A stretch of DNA of 41,533 nucleotides from Candidatus Bathyarchaeota archaeon RBG_13_60_20 (lineage in GTDB: Archaea; Thermoproteota; Bathyarchaeia; TCS64): the NCBI GenBank assembly GCA_001775965.1, contig MEZG01000068.1, positions 1-41,533 of the forward strand, in the 5' to 3' direction. The notes below the pieces were generated by a model, which saw only the letters and a list, made by a program, of their open reading frames with translations, searched no databases and was not told the DNA's origin. A program made the position numbers and the translations under genes. This document shows positions 36,305 through 41,533 of the stretch, in pieces; within the stretch, counting starts at the first letter, position 1, and every line of letters begins with the position of its first letter.

Positions 36305-36457
36305 ATGGGTTTTCTCTCCTTGAATCTTATATCATGTTGCATCGTAGTATATTATTTATAGCATTTACAGAAAGTAGCAAGTTTAGCTAGATTTACTAGC
36401 ACTTGATGCAAAATTCTAAAAACCACGCAGCATAATATGTTAAAAGGAGGATTAAAC
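36305..36457. promoter_or_regulatory. AT-rich divergent promoter region cdhA / metF
   Basis: TATA-like TATATTATTTATA (36348-36360); AGGAGG (36445-36450) before TTG 36458; inverted pair TTGCATC (36337-36343) / GATGCAA (36405-36411). Confidence 0.55.
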
Positions 36458-37381
36458 TTGACAAATCGACCAGCATACAGCCAGCTAGTCAAGGACCTTA
36501 GGTCGGGGAAGTTCGTCCTGACCGGCGAGCTGGAGCCCGAGAAGGTAACCAGCCTGGACGAGATAATCATCAGCGCAAAGGCCATGAAGCCCTACGTCGT
36601 GGCGGCCAATGTGACCGACAACCCCCTGGCCTTCGCCTACATGAATAGCCTAGTCCCCTCCTGGGTGATACAGAAGGAGGTGGGCCTGGAGGCCGTCTAC
36701 CAGATGACCATCAGGGACAGGAACAGGCTTGCCATAGTCTCCGACGTCCTAGCGGCGTCCTACCTGGGGATAAAGAACATACTGGCCATATCCGGGGACC
36801 ACACGGTCCTCGGCGACAACCGGGGCGCCCTGAGCGTGTACGACCTCGACAGCGCCCAGTTCGTCTACCTGCTCCACAAGATGATAGACGAGGGCGTGGA
36901 CCTGGCCGGGAACGAGATCCACGGCAAGGTGGGGATCAACGTGGGAATAGCGGCCAACCCAAACGCCGACCCGCTGATGCCGGAGGTGCTGAAGATCGGG
37001 CGCAAGACCAAGATCGGCGCCGACTTCATCCAGACCCAGACTATGTTCGACATCGACAAGACCAAGACGTTCCTCAAGGAGGTGGAGAAGTACAACTGCC
37101 CGGTGCTGGTGGGGGTGTTCCCTCTGAAGAGCTTCGGCATAGCCGACTTCTTCGACAAGAACATTCCCGGCGTGAAGGTGCCGCCGGAGCTGCTGGCTTC
37201 CATGGCTAAGGCCAAGGAGGAGCCAGACAAGGAGAGGAGGAGCGCCCTCTACGACGAGGTGAACTTGGAGTTCTTCGTGCCCTTCATCAAGGAGATCAGG
37301 AAGACCACCAAGGCCTCGGGCATCCACATCATGGCTGTGCTCTACGAGCGCATCTTTGGGCCGCTGCTGGAGAACTTCTGA
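36458..37381 (+). CDS. metF: Methylenetetrahydrofolate reductase family, MetF
   Basis: GELEP, NVTDNP, QMTIRDRNRLAI, ISGDH, VYDLDS and GADFIQTQ motifs; TTG start after AGGAGG (alternative ATG 36437). Confidence 0.92.
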   Translation: MTNRPAYSQLVKDLRSGKFVLTGELEPEKVTSLDEIIISAKAMKPYVVAANVTDNPLAFAYMNSLVPSWVIQKEVGLEAVYQMTIRDRNRLAIVSDVLAASYLGIKNILAISGDHTVLGDNRGALSVYDLDSAQFVYLLHKMIDEGVDLAGNEIHGKVGINVGIAANPNADPLMPEVLKIGRKTKIGADFIQTQTMFDIDKTKTFLKEVEKYNCPVLVGVFPLKSFGIADFFDKNIPGVKVPPELLASMAKAKEEPDKERRSALYDEVNLEFFVPFIKEIRKTTKASGIHIMAVLYERIFGPLLENF

Positions 37382-37392
37382 GGTGAGATGAG

Positions 37393-38028
37393 ATGATAAT
37401 AACGAAGGCGAAACCCGAGGAAGAACTGAACGAGATGCTGAAGCCCTACGAGAAGCTGTTCGTGGTGGGCTGCGGAACATGCTCCACGAGCTGCATGACG
37501 GGCGGCGAGGAGCAGGTGGCCGAGATGGTGAAGAAGCTGGGCGACCGGGCCATAGGCTCTGCCGTCGTGGAGGACCCCTGCGACCTGAGGATAGCCCGAA
37601 AGGAGCTGAAGGAGTTCAAGGCCAAGGTCCAGGGGGCTGACGCGGTGCTCGTCATGAGCTGCGGCGCCGGTGTCCAGACCGTCGGCGACTACTCCAAGAA
37701 GATAGTGCTGCCAGCCCTGGACACCCTGTTCATAGGCCAGACGGAGCGCCTGGGGAAGTTCCACGACGTCTGCAAGGCGTGCGGCGAGTGCATCCTGGAC
37801 GAGACGGGGGGCGTCTGCCCTGTCACCCGCTGCGCCAAGGGGCTGCTCAACGGGCCCTGCGGCGGCCAGGTGAAGGGCAAGTGCGAGGTGGGCAAATACG
37901 AGAACGACTGCGCCTGGGTGCTCATATACGACAGGCTCAAGGAGCAGGGCCGACCCGAGCTCTTCGAGTTGTTCAGGCCGCCCAGGGATAACAGCAAGAA
38001 GGTGCTCACCCAGCATCACGTCTTCTAG
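37393..38028 (+). CDS. metV: MetV, Fe-S subunit of methylene-tetrahydropterin reductase (MTHFR C-terminal domain family)
   Basis: GCGTCSTSCMTGG, SCGAGVQ and CKACGEC...CPVTRCAKGLLNGPCGG...CEV...CAW motifs; directly follows metF. Confidence 0.92.
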   Translation: MIITKAKPEEELNEMLKPYEKLFVVGCGTCSTSCMTGGEEQVAEMVKKLGDRAIGSAVVEDPCDLRIARKELKEFKAKVQGADAVLVMSCGAGVQTVGDYSKKIVLPALDTLFIGQTERLGKFHDVCKACGECILDETGGVCPVTRCAKGLLNGPCGGQVKGKCEVGKYENDCAWVLIYDRLKEQGRPELFELFRPPRDNSKKVLTQHHVF

Positions 38029-38104
38029 CCTTTTCCCCGGCTTCACCATACCTTCATATGCACTGGCTCCCCACTCAGACTTGTTCAAGGTTCGGTGAAG
38101 CTTA

Positions 38105-39847
38105 TTGAAGTGCAAGGGTTTGAGGGACGACACTGTGTCAGTCGTCATTGGGGGCGAGGCGGGGCAGGGCATCAGCAGGAGCGGGGAGCTCTTGGGGAAG
38201 GCGCTGATGCGCTGTGGGTTCCACTGTTACGGGACCATGGACTACCCTAGCCTCATACGGGGTGGCCATAACTTCTACCAGCTGAGGGCGTCCTCCAGGC
38301 CCGTGTACAGCCAGACGCCCTACGCCGATGTCCTCATAGCCCTCAACAGGGAGTCGGTGGGGCTCCATCTAGGAAGCATGAACGCGGGCGGGGGCGTCAT
38401 CCACGACGAGCGCGACGCGCTGGAGGAGGGGCTGGGCAGGGACCGGGGAATCAACCTCTACCCGGTGCCCCTCACGGACATCGTGAAGGAGCTGGGGGGC
38501 CCGGATATCATGAGGAACACGGTGGCCCTGGGCGCAGCCTCGGCCCTCATCGGCCTCGACGCGGGCACGCTCAAGCAGGTGGTGGCCGAGACCTTCGAGG
38601 GGCGGGAGAAGATCATCAAGATGAACGAGGACGCCATCCAGAGGGGATACACGTACGTGGCCGGGCAAGACTACGGGTTCGGGTGCTGCTTGGAGTCAGG
38701 GGAGCGCCCCCGAGGGCAGTGGCTCACCGGGAACGACGCGATTGCCCTGGGCGCTATGGCCGCCGGATGCAAGTTCTACTCTGCTTACCCCATGACCCCC
38801 GCGAGCCCCCTCCTTCACTACTTCGCGAGCCACGACAAGGCGGGGGGCACGGTGGCTATCCAGACAGAGTCCGAGATAGCGGCCGCCATGATGGCCATAG
38901 GCGCCTCCTACGCTGGGATACGCAGCATGACGGGGACCAGTGGTGGCGGCTTCAGCCTCATGACGGAGAGTCTGAGCCTGGCCGCCATGTCCGAGACGCC
39001 CCTGGTGGTCATGCTGGGGCAGAGACCGGGGCCCAGCACAGGCCTCGCCACCTACTCGGCCCAGGGGGACCTCCTCTTCGCCGTGTACGGAGCCCACGGA
39101 GAGTTCCAGAGGATCGTCGTGGCGCCTGGGGACGTGGATGAGTGCTTCTACCTGGCAGCCGAGGCGTTCAACCTAGCCGAGCGGTTCCAGATACCTGTCA
39201 TCCTGCTGACGGACAAGACTCTAGTGGAGAGTAACCAGACCACTGACGCCTTCGACCTGTCCAGGGTCAGCATAGACAGGGGTAAGCTGGTTGAGTCTTG
39301 GGAGGGGCCCGGAGAGTACCTGAGGTACAGGGACGATGAGGACGGCGTTTCCCCCCGGGCTTTCCCGGGCGCCGAGGGCATACTGGTCCCCGCGAACAGC
39401 AACGAGCATCTGGAGAACGGGTTAAGCACCTCCAGCTCCGAGGCCGTGGCTAAGATGGTGGACAAGCGCTTCAGGAAGGCACAGCATATAAGGGCCGCCG
39501 TGGAGGGGCTCCAGCCAATCAGGGTCTACGGGGATAAGAGACCCAGGGTCACCCTGGTGGGGTGGGGCGGGACAAAGGGGCCCGCCCTGGAGGCCCTCGG
39601 GATGCTCAGGGACGACGGCGTGAAGGCGAGGTTCGTGCAGGTGGTGTTCATGGAGCCGTTCCCCGGCGGCCTGGAGAAGTACCTAAAGGGCACCTGCGTC
39701 CTCTTCGAGGACAACAGGTCGGCTCAGCTGGGGACCCTCATCAGGCTCAACACCGGGTATGCCTTCAAGCACGTGGGGCTCCGCTACGACGGCCGCCCAT
39801 TCAACCCGGGTGAGATCAGGGACAGGGTGCTGGAGGTGCTCGGATGA
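38105..39847 (+). CDS. 2-oxoacid:ferredoxin oxidoreductase alpha subunit (gamma-alpha fusion, KorA-type)
   Basis: GGEAGQG, YPSLIRGGHN, AYPMTPAS, ESEIAA, TSGGGFSLM and QRPGPSTG motifs. Confidence 0.95.
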   Translation: MKCKGLRDDTVSVVIGGEAGQGISRSGELLGKALMRCGFHCYGTMDYPSLIRGGHNFYQLRASSRPVYSQTPYADVLIALNRESVGLHLGSMNAGGGVIHDERDALEEGLGRDRGINLYPVPLTDIVKELGGPDIMRNTVALGAASALIGLDAGTLKQVVAETFEGREKIIKMNEDAIQRGYTYVAGQDYGFGCCLESGERPRGQWLTGNDAIALGAMAAGCKFYSAYPMTPASPLLHYFASHDKAGGTVAIQTESEIAAAMMAIGASYAGIRSMTGTSGGGFSLMTESLSLAAMSETPLVVMLGQRPGPSTGLATYSAQGDLLFAVYGAHGEFQRIVVAPGDVDECFYLAAEAFNLAERFQIPVILLTDKTLVESNQTTDAFDLSRVSIDRGKLVESWEGPGEYLRYRDDEDGVSPRAFPGAEGILVPANSNEHLENGLSTSSSEAVAKMVDKRFRKAQHIRAAVEGLQPIRVYGDKRPRVTLVGWGGTKGPALEALGMLRDDGVKARFVQVVFMEPFPGGLEKYLKGTCVLFEDNRSAQLGTLIRLNTGYAFKHVGLRYDGRPFNPGEIRDRVLEVLG

Positions 39848-40701
39848 GCCTCACCATGAAGGATCTGGACACGGGCGCCACCAACACCTGGTGCCCTGGA
39901 TGCGGCAATTTCGCTATCCTCATGACCGTGAAACAGGCCCTCATCCAGCTGGGCCTCAACCCCAGCCAGGTGGTGGCCGTCTCCGGGATCGGGTGCCACG
40001 GCAAGACCACGGACTACCTCAAGGTGAACACCTTCCACGTGATCCACGGCCGCGTGCTGCCCGCGGCCACGGCCATAAAGCTGGCCAACCACGGGCTCAC
40101 AGTGCTGGGCTTCGCAGGGGACGGCGACGCCTTCAACATAGGGATGGGCCACTTCCCCCACGCGGCCCGCCGCAACGTGAACATGGCTTACATAGTGCAC
40201 GACAACCTCATCTACGGGCTCACCACGGGCCAGGCCAGCCCCACCAGCAGGCAGGGCCTCGTCACCAAGACCACGCCCAGGGGCAGCGCGGAGCCCGGCG
40301 TCAACCCCCTCACCCAGAGCCTCACCGGGGGCGCCACCTTCGTGGCCCGCACCTTCGCGGGCGAGGCAAAGCACATGACCGAGGTGCTGAAGCGGGCAAT
40401 AACCCACAGGGGATTCGCCGTGGTGGACGTGCTCCAGCCCTGCGTCACCTTCAACAGGGTGAACACCTACGAGTTCTACAAGCAGCGCGTCCGCAAGCTG
40501 GAGGAGGAGGGCCACGACGAGGGCGACTTCGAGGCCGCGTACAGGCGGGCCCAGGAGTGGGGCGACGTCATACCCATCGGCGTCTTCTACGTGGAGGAGC
40601 GGCCCACCTATGAGGATGGCTTCCCCGCCCTAGCCGGGGGTCCCCTGGTCGGTCAGCCCCTCAGCAGGGACCTTTCCGGGCTCATGGCCGAGTTCAAGTA
40701 G
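39844..40701 (+). CDS. 2-oxoacid:ferredoxin oxidoreductase beta subunit (TPP-binding, KorB-type)
   Basis: WCPGCGNF, SGIGC, HGR, GDGD, YGLTTGQASPT and VLQPCVTFN motifs. Confidence 0.95.
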   Translation: MSLTMKDLDTGATNTWCPGCGNFAILMTVKQALIQLGLNPSQVVAVSGIGCHGKTTDYLKVNTFHVIHGRVLPAATAIKLANHGLTVLGFAGDGDAFNIGMGHFPHAARRNVNMAYIVHDNLIYGLTTGQASPTSRQGLVTKTTPRGSAEPGVNPLTQSLTGGATFVARTFAGEAKHMTEVLKRAITHRGFAVVDVLQPCVTFNRVNTYEFYKQRVRKLEEEGHDEGDFEAAYRRAQEWGDVIPIGVFYVEERPTYEDGFPALAGGPLVGQPLSRDLSGLMAEFK

Positions 40702-40743
40702 CCGCCGCGTCCTCCCCAAGAGGTCCACAGAGGACTGTTGTGT

Positions 40744-41533
40744 TCACGCGAGCTCCGGGAACAGAGGTGGGGGCCTCCTGTGCCCTGTCGCCTGCTCGTA
40801 GGCGTAGGCAAAGCCGAGGAGCGTGGGCTCGCTGAACAGGGGGCCCACGAGCTGGAGGCCTGCGGGGAGGCCGCCGCCTGTGTACCCCATGGGGACGCTG
40901 AGGCCCGGCATGCCCGTGTGCGGGGGTATCCTCTGGCTGTTGTCCCCGTGGGGGCTGTCAAGGTCGCCGACGAGGCGGGGAGGGTTGCTCCACGTTGGGT
41001 ATGCGAGGGCGTCAACCCCTGCGCCCCTCATGGCCCCGGCCACCGTCTCCCTCAGCCTGATGTTCCTGGGCTCCGTGTACACATCCCCACAGCCGGGCTC
41101 ACACACCTCGAGCATCTGTCTGAGCCTGTCAGCTATGTAGTCGCTGTAGAGGCCGCTGTCCACGATGCTCCTCAGCGTCCTGTGGGGTGGGTCGGGCAGG
41201 GTGGCGAGGTACGCCTCCAGGTCCCTCTTGAACGTTCGGCACCAGATGTCTGAGGTCAGCTCCTCGAAATCCGGGACGACTAGGGGGTCCACCAGCTCCG
41301 CTCCACAACTCTCCAGGTCGGCCAGGGCGTGCTCGAATACCCTCAGCACATCGGGGTCGGTGGAGGGCTGGTCTGTGCAGAGCCTGAACACGCCGACACA
41401 TGCCCCCTCCAGGGCGTCGTCTATCAGGGAGCCCGTGTAGCTGCCCGGCACCCTGCCTATGCTCAGAGCCGTCACCGGGTCGGTTGGATCGTACCCGGCG
41501 ACCGCCTCCAGGACCCGGGCCGCGTCCTCCACG
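40744..41533 (-). CDS. Amidase signature family protein, C-terminal part (5' end lies beyond the window)
   Basis: VEDAARVLEAVAGYDPTDP and PGLSVPMGYTGGGLPAGLQLVGPLFSEPTLLGFAYAYEQAT motifs. Confidence 0.88.
   Translation of the reverse strand, partial: VEDAARVLEAVAGYDPTDPVTALSIGRVPGSYTGSLIDDALEGACVGVFRLCTDQPSTDPDVLRVFEHALADLESCGAELVDPLVVPDFEELTSDIWCRTFKRDLEAYLATLPDPPHRTLRSIVDSGLYSDYIADRLRQMLEVCEPGCGDVYTEPRNIRLRETVAGAMRGAGVDALAYPTWSNPPRLVGDLDSPHGDNSQRIPPHTGMPGLSVPMGYTGGGLPAGLQLVGPLFSEPTLLGFAYAYEQATGHRRPPPLFPELA

Noticed and set aside
1-41533. CRISPR arrays, tRNA/rRNA genes, transposases or integrases, defence systems (e.g. NTases as toxin-antitoxin or CBASS)
   Set aside because: Intergenic gaps are short (at most ~150 bp) with no repeat-spacer or cloverleaf pattern seen; the NTases are ~335 aa, lack HEPN or effector neighbours and sit in metabolic operons

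Overview
GC-rich, densely coding archaeal window (fibrillarin, archaeal RNase HII, archaeal-type CdhABCDE, frequent TTG/GTG starts); gene content and style suggest Bathyarchaeia, which is an inference. Bases 1-8.6 kb hold housekeeping and accessory genes: flpA, rnhB, two GT4 glycosyltransferases, an M81/MlrC peptidase, ogt, maf, a Na/Pi symporter and DUF47. From about 8.6 to 40.7 kb lies one ~32 kb C1/Wood-Ljungdahl supercluster. It contains ferredoxin/AfpA/iron-sulfur flavoprotein, a RACo-type corrinoid activator and two CooC/AcsF ATPases; a pterin/furan cofactor biosynthesis block (CofE-like ligase, DHPS-like protein, RFAP synthase, DUF447, CitG-like protein, RimK-like ligase, two paralogous uncharacterised nucleotidyltransferases); mch-fwdD-fwdB-fwdA-ftr-fwdC in the order of bacterial fhcBADC; cdhABCDE; a divergent bacterial-acetogen-type metF-metV; and a 2-oxoacid:ferredoxin oxidoreductase. 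A partial amidase ends the window. No mtd, mer, mtr, mcr or fwdF/G is visible in the window, and I saw no RNA genes, CRISPR arrays or mobile elements. The best leads are a chimeric H4MPT + MetFV methyl branch and the paired nucleotidyltransferases plus CitG as candidates for unassigned late steps of methanopterin synthesis. All calls come from motif recognition only; no database search was run.
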